This document shows positions 41,539 through 50,327 of a stretch of 64,000 nt of DNA, piece after piece. Position 1 is the first letter of the stretch. Every line of letters starts with the position of its first letter. Position numbers and translations under genes: made by a program. Source of the DNA: Vicinamibacteria bacterium (GTDB lineage: Bacteria; Acidobacteriota; Vicinamibacteria; Marinacidobacterales; Marinacidobacteraceae); NCBI GenBank assembly GCA_963555995.3, contig OY821641.1, positions 3,136,001-3,200,000 on the forward strand, given 5' to 3'. The notes under the pieces were generated by a model. That model searched no databases and had not been told where the DNA came from. It saw nothing but the letters and a program-made list of their open reading frames with translations.

Positions 41539-42123
41539 TCAGGAACCCGGATCGGCGAGACGGGAGAAGAAGTCCGCGACGCTCTCGGCCGCGTCCGCGG
41601 CGGCGACGATCTCGACCGCGGTCGCACTTCCGACCAGGTCCGTTTCACGCGGCGAGGGGAAGGACGGCGGGACCGCGATTCCGCGCGAAGCGAGGAGCAC
41701 GCGGACAAATTCGGCGCGATCCTCCGCGATCTGTGCCCGAAGCAGGGGGTCGTCCTCGGGCAGCTTCCTCTGCCGGGAACGTGGGCCGACCACCAACCCA
41801 CCGCCAAGAGCGATCGGCGCACCTCGCGCCTGGGCGACCCCTTCCATCAGTTCGGTGAACCTCGCGAGAATCGCCTCCTTCACCGGGTCGTTCTGCACCT
41901 TGGCGATCCAGGCGATCTCCTCATCCGAGTCGAAGAACTCGACCTTGCCCTCGTATTCCTCGTACTCCGCGAGCGTCATCGGCCGGGAGTAGCAACCGTA
42001 GAATTCCAGTTCGGACAGCGCGGGCTCGCCGCACTCCCGCGGCGCTCGGGCGGACCCGGCGGGCGACGATTCGGCGGACTGACGCTCTGCCAACGAACCG
42101 TGGAGTTCGGCTTCCGCGGTCAT
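41539..42123 (-). pseudogene. Internally deleted Uma2-like paralog
   Basis: Shares N-terminus (LEFxGCYxRPMT) and C-terminus (EDDPLLR) with 42134-43114 but lacks the PDVVLEVD core. Confidence 0.65.
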
Positions 42124-42133
42124 CGCCGGCGCG

Positions 42134-43114
42134 TCAACCGTCCGGTGTTTCGAGGCGGACGAGGAAGTCGGCGAGGCTCTGGGCAGCTCCCGCGGCGGAG
42201 AGGATCACCGCGAAGGGCGCCCCGGCGATGAGGTCCCGTTCGGTCTCCGACGGGAACTGCGCCGGAATCGCGATTCCCCGCGACGCGAGAAGAACCGTCA
42301 CGTCCTCCACCCGGCCCACCGCACGGCCCTCCGCGCGCTGTTCGCGGAGTAGGGGATCGTCCTCGGGACCCGTCCCCTCCCGATCCCCGAGCGCCCGGCC
42401 CACCCGCATCAGAACGCGCACGGTCTCCTCCGAGACGACCGGCTCGTTCAGCCCCCGGTGGATCTCCGCCGCCCGCCACGTCGGCAACGCCCGGCTCTCC
42501 TCCGCCAGCGCGTAGCGCCCCGCCTCCAGGAGGTAAATCCGCAGCCCCGACCGCATTCCGCGGCGGCGGCTCGGAGCGTAGGCGTCCGGAACATCCACCC
42601 AAACCTCCGGATACCCCCACCGCTCATACAGCTTCAGACGGTTCCGGCGGACATCCGTCGTCGAGTCCACCTCCAGCACCACGTCCGGCTTCGGCTCGCC
42701 ACTGGCACCCAGATACAGCGGACCCGCGAGTTCGCGCGCCTTCGGGTCCAGATACACCGCCTCGTCCGGGTGCGCGGAGTGGTTGCCGCCGGTATCCGGG
42801 TCGGTGTAGCGGATCTCCGTCTCGCCAAGACAGAGGATCGGCGAGCCCCGGACGTGCGAGACCGTCTGCAGCAACTGTCCGAGGCGCTCTCGCGGACCCT
42901 CGTGCGGGGCGTGCGCCGGCTCGCACGCCATGAACGCGATCCCCGCCTGCCAGTCGAAGTACTCGACCCGGCCCTCGAGCTCGTCGTACTGCGCCGGGGT
43001 CATCGGCCGCGCGTAGCAGCCGGGGAACTCCAATCCCGAAAACGCCGGCCAGGGGGACTCCGGCCGGCGGTAGGCGCTCGGCCCGGAGTCCGGCGCCGGG
43101 TCACGTCGCGGCAT
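42134..43114 (-). CDS. Uma2 (DUF820)-family endonuclease-like protein
   Basis: HPDEAVY, PDVVLEVD, KLYERWGYPEVW. Confidence 0.8.
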   Translation of the reverse strand: MPRRDPAPDSGPSAYRRPESPWPAFSGLEFPGCYARPMTPAQYDELEGRVEYFDWQAGIAFMACEPAHAPHEGPRERLGQLLQTVSHVRGSPILCLGETEIRYTDPDTGGNHSAHPDEAVYLDPKARELAGPLYLGASGEPKPDVVLEVDSTTDVRRNRLKLYERWGYPEVWVDVPDAYAPSRRRGMRSGLRIYLLEAGRYALAEESRALPTWRAAEIHRGLNEPVVSEETVRVLMRVGRALGDREGTGPEDDPLLREQRAEGRAVGRVEDVTVLLASRGIAIPAQFPSETERDLIAGAPFAVILSAAGAAQSLADFLVRLETPDG

Positions 43115-43175
43115 GACCGCGTCTGCTCTCGTCGCCGCCCGCTGCATCGGGCAAATGCTAGCAACGGAGACGGCT

Positions 43176-43367
43176 GGGAGCGCCGGTCTTCAGACCGGCA
43201 TCGGCCCCCGGAGGGGGACGAAACTCCCCCGGCCACTCTGCGGCGGTGGCGCAAGTTCACCCGGGATGGCCAGACAACCCACGGCATGGCGTCACGCCAC
43301 CCGGCAGCGTAGCCACGGAAGTTTCACCCGCTTCGCGGGCGATGCCGGTCTGAAGACCGGCGCTCCC
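43176..43367. repeat. REPIN-like doublet
   Basis: Inverted REP pair with the shared core. Confidence 0.8.
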
Positions 43368-43393
43368 GGCGGTGGGGCGTTCCGAGGCGGTGG

Positions 43394-44677
43394 TCACGAC
43401 TCGCTCTCGCCGCCGGTGGCGGCGGTGCCGGTCTGAAGACCGGCGGTCCCGGCCGCTGCCCTCCGGCGGATGTTGGCGCGGAGGGCGAAGTGGTCAATGA
43501 GGGGGGCGAAGACGTTCATCAGGAGGATGGAGAGCATCATGCCTTCGGGGTAGGCGGGGTTGACTACGCGGATCAGGACCACGAGGACCCCGATAAGGAA
43601 GCCGTAGACCACCCGGCCGCCGTCGGTGGAGGGGGCGGTGACGGGTTCGGTGGCCATGAAGACGGTGCCGAAGGCCCAGCCGCCCATCAGGTAGTGCCAC
43701 CAGAAGGGGACCGCGAAGAAAGGGTTGGTGTCCGACCCGACGAGGTTCAGGAGGCCGCCCATCAACAGGGTGCCGGCCGCGACCGCGAGCATGATGCGGA
43801 GCGAGCCGATCCCGGTGGCGGCGAGCACCACCGCGCCGAAGAGGCAGGCGAGCACCGAGGTCTCGCCCATCGAGCCGGGGAGGAAACCGATGAAGGCGTC
43901 CCAGGCGGTGATCCCGGGGCCGCCCGCCGGGTGGAAGGTCTCCGCGAACGCCTCGTTGCCGGTGAGGCTGAAGCGGGCGAGCCAGGTGGCGCCGCTGACC
44001 GCGTCCGGGGCGGTGTCGGCGGCGATCCAGATGCGGTCCCCGGTCAGGTCGCTCGGATACGCGAAGAAGAGGAACGCCCGCGCGGTGAGCGCCGGGTTGA
44101 GGATGTTGAAGCCGCTGCCGCCGAAGATCTCCTTCCCGACCACCACCCCGAAGCTGATGCCGAGCGCCACCTGCCAGAGGGGCACGGTGGGCGGCAGGAT
44201 GAGCGGGAAGAGCATCCCGGTCACCAGGAAGCCTTCGCTCACCTCGTGGCGCCGGATGATCGCGAAGAGCATCTCCCACGCGCCCCCGACCGCGAAGGTC
44301 ACGACCAGGACCGGGAGGTACCAGAGGCCGCCGTGGACGACGGCGGCCAGCACGCTGTCGGGCGAGAACCCGATGCCCAGCGCTTCGATGACCGCGGTGC
44401 GCCAGCCGGGCAGCGGCGTGGCGCCGTGGGAAATCGCGAGGTTCGCCTGGAGGCCGGTGTTGTAGAACGCCATCGCCACCGTGCCCGCCAGCGCGATGAC
44501 CACGGTGAACATGAGGCGCTTCATGTCCAGGCGGTCGCGGCCGTGGGACGGCCCGGCGGTGGTCTTTCCCGGGGTGTAGAGGAAGGTGTCCTGGGCGTCC
44601 CAGAGCGGCCAGAGGCGGTGGAGGCGTCCTCCCTGCTCGAACGGCGCGCCGAGGCGGTCGAGGAGGCCGCGGAGCAC
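43394..44677 (-). CDS. nqrB: Na+-NQR subunit B
   Basis: KEIFGG, NPALTARAFLFFAYP, SGAT FMN site, GSMGETS, YPEGMM. Confidence 0.95.
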   Translation of the reverse strand: MLRGLLDRLGAPFEQGGRLHRLWPLWDAQDTFLYTPGKTTAGPSHGRDRLDMKRLMFTVVIALAGTVAMAFYNTGLQANLAISHGATPLPGWRTAVIEALGIGFSPDSVLAAVVHGGLWYLPVLVVTFAVGGAWEMLFAIIRRHEVSEGFLVTGMLFPLILPPTVPLWQVALGISFGVVVGKEIFGGSGFNILNPALTARAFLFFAYPSDLTGDRIWIAADTAPDAVSGATWLARFSLTGNEAFAETFHPAGGPGITAWDAFIGFLPGSMGETSVLACLFGAVVLAATGIGSLRIMLAVAAGTLLMGGLLNLVGSDTNPFFAVPFWWHYLMGGWAFGTVFMATEPVTAPSTDGGRVVYGFLIGVLVVLIRVVNPAYPEGMMLSILLMNVFAPLIDHFALRANIRRRAAAGTAGLQTGTAATGGESES

Positions 44678-44683
44678 GAGGAC

Positions 44684-46075
44684 CTAACCCTCCTTCTCCA
44701 GGGTGTCGAGGACGCGCCGGAGCGCGGGGCCGTAGTCGTTCTTGGCGGGACAGGCGAAGGTCAGGAGGCCCACGTCCTCTTCGATCAGCTCGAGCGCGCC
44801 GAGTTCCTCCGCCCGCTCGACGTCCTCCATGAGCAGGGCGCGGCACAGCATCGCCGCCGGGATGTCGAAGGCCATCACCCGGTCATAGGTCCCGATGGGA
44901 ACGATGGCGCGGCGGGAGCCGTTCGTCCCGGTGGTGATCGGGCGGGGCCTCGCGGGCAGCAGGGCGGAGAGATAGGCGCGGCTCACCGAGACCGCTCCCG
45001 CGCCGGGCGCGAGCCAGCCCAGCAGGCGGCGGCGGCGGTCCTCTTCGAGCACCGTCACCTGCCGGTGGTAGCGGCCGAGATAGCCCGTCGCGTCGTCCGC
45101 GGCGGTCCGTCCCGCGAGGAGGGACCCGGAGATGACCCGGCGTTCGCCCGCGTCGCGTCCCGGCGCGGGCTCCGCCGTCCCGAACTCCGTGAGCAGCGCG
45201 CCGATGGGCATGCGCAGGAGGCCGGGACTCCTTACCGGCGGACCTCCGAGCGCCACTACCCGGAGCGCGTCGCCGGCGCCGGTGCGGAACAGGCCGCCGA
45301 TGGAGGCGAGGTCCTGGACGTCCAGATGCCATGCCTCCACGCCGCGGTGCACGGGGGCCAGCCGGTGGATGTGGAGTCCCGCGGTCCCGGCGGGGTGGGG
45401 TCCCCGGAACTCCTCGTGGCGGATCCGGTCGGTTCCGTCCACCGGCAGGCGCCGGCCGGCCCGGGAGCAGACGAAGACGGGACCGTCGGTGAGGCGCGCG
45501 AGGGCCGCGAGGCCCCACTCGAGGTCCGTGTCCCGGCCGGCGACGGCGGTCACCGGATCGGGGGCGAGCGGCGCGGAGTCCGTCGCGGTCACGAAGATCG
45601 CCCGGGGCCGGGTCTCCGGGTTGGCCACCCGGCCGAAGGGGCGGGTGCGGATCGCGGTCCACTCCCCGGACTCGAGCAGGAGGTCCCGGACCGCATCGCC
45701 GCCGAGCGCCTCCGGGTGCCGTCCCGACCAGGCGCTCGCCACGTGTCCCGAACCGGCGCCGCCGGAGCGCTCGTCCGGGTCCACCTCGATCACGAGCGAG
45801 AGGAAGGCCCGGCGCTCACCCCGGTGCACCGCGGCGACCCGCCCGCCGAGCGGGGCGGCGAAACGGACGCCGGGCGTCTTCTTGTCCTCGAAGAGGACGT
45901 CGCCCCGCGAGACCGCGTCACCCTCCCGGACCCGCATGGTGGGCCGCATGCCCGGGTAGTCGGCCCCAAGCAGCGCGATCCGGGACGGGACCCGGAGTTC
46001 CGGGGCGCGCCCGTCCGCCGCGGGGGCCCCCAGCACCCGTACGTCGAACCCGCGGCGTACGGTGTGGAGACTCAT
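44684..46075 (-). CDS. nqrA: Na+-NQR subunit A
   Basis: LFEDKKTPGV, RTRPF, HPAG, LELIEEDVGLLTFACPAK. Confidence 0.95.
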   Translation of the reverse strand: MSLHTVRRGFDVRVLGAPAADGRAPELRVPSRIALLGADYPGMRPTMRVREGDAVSRGDVLFEDKKTPGVRFAAPLGGRVAAVHRGERRAFLSLVIEVDPDERSGGAGSGHVASAWSGRHPEALGGDAVRDLLLESGEWTAIRTRPFGRVANPETRPRAIFVTATDSAPLAPDPVTAVAGRDTDLEWGLAALARLTDGPVFVCSRAGRRLPVDGTDRIRHEEFRGPHPAGTAGLHIHRLAPVHRGVEAWHLDVQDLASIGGLFRTGAGDALRVVALGGPPVRSPGLLRMPIGALLTEFGTAEPAPGRDAGERRVISGSLLAGRTAADDATGYLGRYHRQVTVLEEDRRRRLLGWLAPGAGAVSVSRAYLSALLPARPRPITTGTNGSRRAIVPIGTYDRVMAFDIPAAMLCRALLMEDVERAEELGALELIEEDVGLLTFACPAKNDYGPALRRVLDTLEKEG

Positions 46076-46206
46076 CGGAGGCTGTTCAGAGGGGGCGCGG
46101 ACCGGGACCCCGCCGGGCGAACCGGAGGGGCGGGATCCGAGGGAGGCCGGAGCCGCTTCTCATCCGTTTCCGGGCAACCGGGAATTCTGGCACAAGGCGA
46201 GGGCCC

Positions 46207-46379
46207 GGGAGCGCCGGTCTTCAGACCGGCACCGCTGCGCGCAGCGCAGCGAAACTCCCTTTGCCAGTGGGCCAGGTGGCGTGACGCCATGTTGTGTACC
46301 GGTTCGCCAAATGGCCGCAGAAACGGGGGTGTTTCGCACCCCTCCGGGGTGCGATGCCGGTCTGAAGACCGGCGCTCCC
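46207..46379. repeat. REPIN-like doublet
   Basis: Inverted REP pair with the shared core, between divergent genes. Confidence 0.8.
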
Positions 46380-46406
46380 GCCCCGACTCCGCCCTACACT
46401 GAAATC

Positions 46407-46778
46407 GTGCGCGACGAGAGACCCGGGAGGTGGCGCGAAGCCGCCCGGATCTGGATCCCCCTGGCGGCGGTCCTCATCCCGCTGGTCGTCAGCATCCAGG
46501 CGCAGATGTTCACCATGCAGCGGCAGTTCGGCGAACTGCAGCGGCAGATGGGCGCCATGCGGGTCGAGTTCCGGGACGTGCTGCGGACCGAACGGGACGC
46601 CCTGCGGAGCGACGTCGAGGGGCAGATCAGCGCCCTCGGAGACCGGATGACCCGGTTGGAGACGCGCGTGGACGCCCACCGGGACGCCCACCTCCGCGGG
46701 GAGCAGCCGGCGGAGGGCGAGACCCCCGCTCGGCCCCGGAGGCCGGCCCGCCGGAACGACGCCCCCGCCAGCGGCTGA
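46407..46778 (+). CDS. Small TM + coiled-coil hypothetical protein
   Basis: GTG 6 nt after TACACT; IWIPLAAVLIPLVV followed by heptads (LGDRMTRLETRV). Confidence 0.6.
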   Translation: MRDERPGRWREAARIWIPLAAVLIPLVVSIQAQMFTMQRQFGELQRQMGAMRVEFRDVLRTERDALRSDVEGQISALGDRMTRLETRVDAHRDAHLRGEQPAEGETPARPRRPARRNDAPASG

Positions 46779-46799
46779 CCGCCGGACGCCCCGCGCCGG

Positions 46800-48161
46800 C
46801 TACTCCTCGTACCAGCCGGCGCAGAAGACCAGGTTGCCGGAGCGCCGGGCGAAGGTGTGCTTCAACCGCTGCTCTCCCCCGGCCCCCGGGTCCGGTTGCC
46901 AGTAGGTCACCCAGACCCCCTCCTCGGTGGCGCCCGCCAGCTTCGGGGCGTAGAAGTGGCCCGTGATGTCGCTGCCTTCCTCGCGGTCGTGGGCGTTGAG
47001 ACCGAGCTTGTCCGGCGCGGGCGCGATGGCGACCAGGATCCCGGCCTCGTCAAGGATGAAGACGTACCAGGACCCGACCCAGCTCGCCTCGTGGTTGAAG
47101 AAAGCGACGGAGGCCTCCTCGCCGTAGATGCGGGCGAACTCGATCGCCCCCTCCACCAGGCCGACCGCCTGGGCGGCGGGGTCCGCCTCCACGGCCCCGG
47201 GCTCGTACCAGCCGCTGAGGATCCAGTGGCCCGCTTCGAACTGGGCCCACGAGTGCTTCATCCCCTGCTCGCCGGTCACCGGGTTCAGGCTGGCGTAGTC
47301 CACCCAGCCGCCCTCGGGCGGAAGCTGGAGGAACTCGGGGCCGTACACCTTGCCGGTCACGTCCACGCCGATCGCTCCGTACGCGTTCTTTCCCACGAGC
47401 GCCGGGGTGGTGCCGTGGCTCACGATGGTCCCCTGCGCATCCGCGAAGACCACGTACCAGGGACCGCTCGTCGCGGCGGTCGTGCCGTAGAAGGCGGCCG
47501 CCTCGTCCAGCCCCCGCTCCCGGACCCGTTCCACCGCCTGGCGGACCACCCCCTGCGCCTGCGCCGCCGGGCTCGAATCGGTCGGGGCGCCCTCGTACCA
47601 GCCGGAGGCGAAGAGCAGCCCGGCGTGCCGCACCACCCAGGTGTGCTTGATGCCCTCGTCGCCGGTCTCGGGGTTGAAGTAGTTGTAGTCCACCCACACG
47701 CCGTCCTCGGTCGCCGCCGCCAGCGCCGGGCCGAAGTTGTGCCCGGCGGAGTCCACCCCGAGCGGGCCGAGGATGCTCTTTCCGAGGTTCGCCGGCACCG
47801 TCGCGTGCGCGATGATGAGGTTGCCCTCGTCCGCGACGAAGACGTACCACGCTCCGTCCACGCTCGCCGGGTCGTTGTAGGTGTCGAGCAGCGCGTCGAA
47901 CCCCTCCGCCCCGTAGAGGTCCACCGCACGCTGCACGAACGCCTGGGTGAAGGCGGCGGGGTCGTCCTTCGTGGGTTCCGGTTCCGGTTCCGGCGCGGGC
48001 GCCGGGGCGGGAGCGGGCGCCGGGGCCGGCGTGGTCGGCGCGTCGGAGCCGCCGTCGCACCCGGCGAGCGCCAGCGCGAAGAGCGCCGCCGCCGTCAGGC
48101 CGAGGCCGGGGTACCGGGACGCCGGGGGCTCCGGCCCGGTCCAATGCGTGGTGTTCCCCAT
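46800..48161 (-). CDS. Lipoprotein with three Cache-like repeats
   Basis: Lipobox LAGC, Pro-rich linker, three copies of WYV...WVxY...KH(T/S)...GWYE. Confidence 0.8.
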   Translation of the reverse strand: MGNTTHWTGPEPPASRYPGLGLTAAALFALALAGCDGGSDAPTTPAPAPAPAPAPAPEPEPEPTKDDPAAFTQAFVQRAVDLYGAEGFDALLDTYNDPASVDGAWYVFVADEGNLIIAHATVPANLGKSILGPLGVDSAGHNFGPALAAATEDGVWVDYNYFNPETGDEGIKHTWVVRHAGLLFASGWYEGAPTDSSPAAQAQGVVRQAVERVRERGLDEAAAFYGTTAATSGPWYVVFADAQGTIVSHGTTPALVGKNAYGAIGVDVTGKVYGPEFLQLPPEGGWVDYASLNPVTGEQGMKHSWAQFEAGHWILSGWYEPGAVEADPAAQAVGLVEGAIEFARIYGEEASVAFFNHEASWVGSWYVFILDEAGILVAIAPAPDKLGLNAHDREEGSDITGHFYAPKLAGATEEGVWVTYWQPDPGAGGEQRLKHTFARRSGNLVFCAGWYEE

Positions 48162-48302
48162 GGGGTCACAACCTCCTTGTTCCCGGCATTCTTGCGCGGG
48201 AACTGCGGACCGCCGGTGGCCGGCCCGGTCGCCGCGCGCCGCCGTCCCGGAGGGTCCGTTCGGGCCGCCCCCCTCCCGGCGCGTCGCGTTTCGCGGCCTC
48301 GA

Positions 48303-49166
48303 TCAGGCTCGACGGGGCGCGATCCGCTTCCGGGCGGCCTTCTTCCGGGCGACCTTCTTCCGCACCGCCTGCTTCCGGACGGCCTTCTTCCGCGCCCCCT
48401 TCTTCCGGACGGCCTTCTTCCGCACCGCCTTCCTTGCCGAACCGGACTCCGCTGCGGACGGGTCCGGCTCGATCTCGACGCCGAAGAGCGCGGAGAGGTC
48501 GTCCGAGGCGAGCGCCTCACCCGCGGCCGCCTCGGAAGCCGCCTCCACCGCCGCCCCCACCAGTTCGTCCGCGCTCACCCCGCGTAGCCGGAAGAGCTGC
48601 TCCGGGGCGTGGTCCAGCCGCGCGCCGACGCCGTAGAGCGCGGCCGCCGCGTGCTTGCACATCGCCGCCCAGTCGGGGCAGGAGCAGTCCAGCGCGATCT
48701 CGTCGGGCGCCGGGAAGAGCCCTTCGCCGGGCCGGCTCACGATGTCCATGACGCGCTCCGGCGGCTCTCCGGAAAGGAGCGCCACCAGCGATCCGACCTC
48801 GCCGCTGCACGCGGTCCGGAGCGCTGCCCAACGCCCGGCGGGCACCGGCCGGATGCCGATCTCGATCTCGTAGAGATCCGTCCCGCTCACCAGCGCGCGG
48901 ACCCGACCCGCCTCGACCGCCAGATGGACGACCGAACCGCTGCGCACGTACTTGCGGCCCCGCGGCATCCGGTTGGCGAAGTCGCTGTAGCGGAGCAGGT
49001 TGTCGCACCAGGCCCTGCCCCAGAACGTGGTCGCGATCCGGTTGCCGGAGATCGGCGCCACCGGGGCGACTTCCTTCCCCTCCTTCCTGAGGCTCCGGAG
49101 CTGCTCAGAGGCGCGGAACCGCAGCTCGCCCACCGTCGGAGGCGAGTACCAGCGGCGGTAGTACAC
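48303..49166 (-). CDS. SWIM zinc-finger protein with histone-like (KKAVR)n tail
   Basis: NRMPRGRKYVR, CSCPDWAAMCKH, basic pentapeptide repeats. Confidence 0.9.
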   Translation of the reverse strand: MYYRRWYSPPTVGELRFRASEQLRSLRKEGKEVAPVAPISGNRIATTFWGRAWCDNLLRYSDFANRMPRGRKYVRSGSVVHLAVEAGRVRALVSGTDLYEIEIGIRPVPAGRWAALRTACSGEVGSLVALLSGEPPERVMDIVSRPGEGLFPAPDEIALDCSCPDWAAMCKHAAAALYGVGARLDHAPEQLFRLRGVSADELVGAAVEAASEAAAGEALASDDLSALFGVEIEPDPSAAESGSARKAVRKKAVRKKGARKKAVRKQAVRKKVARKKAARKRIAPRRA

Positions 49167-49184
49167 GGTCCCGGAGTCCCCCGC

Positions 49185-49466
49185 TCAGCAGGTCCGCGGC
49201 CGTCTGCGGCCGAGGTGCGCCGGCCCGGATTCGGGCTCGACGGAGACGCCGAAGATCGCGGGGAGGTCGGCCGCGTCCGGCGCCTCGCGCTCCGCCGCCT
49301 GGCCGGCGGCCTCGACGGCGTGCACTGCCGACGGATCGGGATCGAGTCTCCGCAGGCGGAAGAGATCCCCCGGGGACCGGTCGAGCCGCGCCCCGATGCG
49401 GTACATCGCCGCCGCTTCGCGCAGGCGGATCGGGCCTCGGAGGTGGCCGTCGGAGAGCACCTTCAT
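49185..49466 (-). pseudogene. SWIM-protein C-terminal fragment
   Basis: AAAMYRIGARLDRSPGDLFRLR...LPAIFGVSVEP matches its neighbours; no Zn ligands. Confidence 0.6.
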
Positions 49467-49496
49467 CTCGGCGAAGGAATTCCTCCCGTCCGCACC

Positions 49497-50327
49497 TCAC
49501 GGTCCACCGAACAGCGTCCGTGGGGGCCGTACGGCTTTTCCGTCCTCTGCGGGCGGCAGCGCGTCCAGCCCCGCCAGATCCGCATCCGGGTCCGGTTCGG
49601 GCTCGACCTCGACGCCGAAGAGGTCCGCGAGCCCTTGCGCGTCCAGGGGGAGGGTCTTCCCCGGCGCGGGATCGGGCAGGCCCCCGAGCGCGGAGTTCGG
49701 CACGGCGCCGAGGTGTGCGCCGCGCAGTTCGAAGAGCGCTTCCGGCTCCTCATCCAGCCGGAACCCCACGCCGTAGAGCGCGGCCGCCGCGTGCTCGCAC
49801 AGCGCGAAGCGCCGGTCGAGACATACGCAGCGAAAGGAGATCTCGGCCGGCGAGGGCAGCAGGCCGCCAAGGACGGCGGCCTTCCGGAAGACGGCCGGGG
49901 GCTGCCCGACGATCTCCCACCGCAACCACCCCCGGCGCGCGCACAGCTCCCGCAGGGCCTTCCAGCGGGGGGCGGAGAGGAGGGCGATGTCCACCGCCAC
50001 CCCGTACTCCGCCCCCGCCCGCACCCGCGCCCGGACACCGCCCCGCCGGATCTCGAGATGGATCACCCCGTCGCGTTCGACGGTTTCGCGGCCGCGCGCG
50101 AGGAGTTCCGGGCAGGCGTAGCGGCGTTCGAGGTGGTCGAGCCAGGCCGTTCCCCAGAGGCCCGCGTCGGGCAACGGGCCTTCACTACCCCGAACGGGCC
50201 GGAGGGCCCGTTGGCGCTCCCGCGCCCCCGCCGCCGCGCGGCGGAGGAGCTCGTCGCGGGAAGGAGGCGGAGCGGGCCGGGGCCGGCGTGTCCGGAGCCG
50301 GCGCCTCGCGCGCCGCGAACGGCTCAC
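49497..50327 (-). CDS. SWIM zinc-finger protein (divergent paralog)
   Basis: CVCLDRRFALCEH, ALYGVGFRLDEEPEALFELRG. Confidence 0.8.
   Translation of the reverse strand: MSRSRRARRRLRTRRPRPAPPPSRDELLRRAAAGARERQRALRPVRGSEGPLPDAGLWGTAWLDHLERRYACPELLARGRETVERDGVIHLEIRRGGVRARVRAGAEYGVAVDIALLSAPRWKALRELCARRGWLRWEIVGQPPAVFRKAAVLGGLLPSPAEISFRCVCLDRRFALCEHAAAALYGVGFRLDEEPEALFELRGAHLGAVPNSALGGLPDPAPGKTLPLDAQGLADLFGVEVEPEPDPDADLAGLDALPPAEDGKAVRPPRTLFGGP

Noticed and set aside
36791-46075. Rnf complex
   Set aside because: NqrF and NqrA signatures and the absence of RnfB/RnfC ferredoxin motifs indicate NQR.
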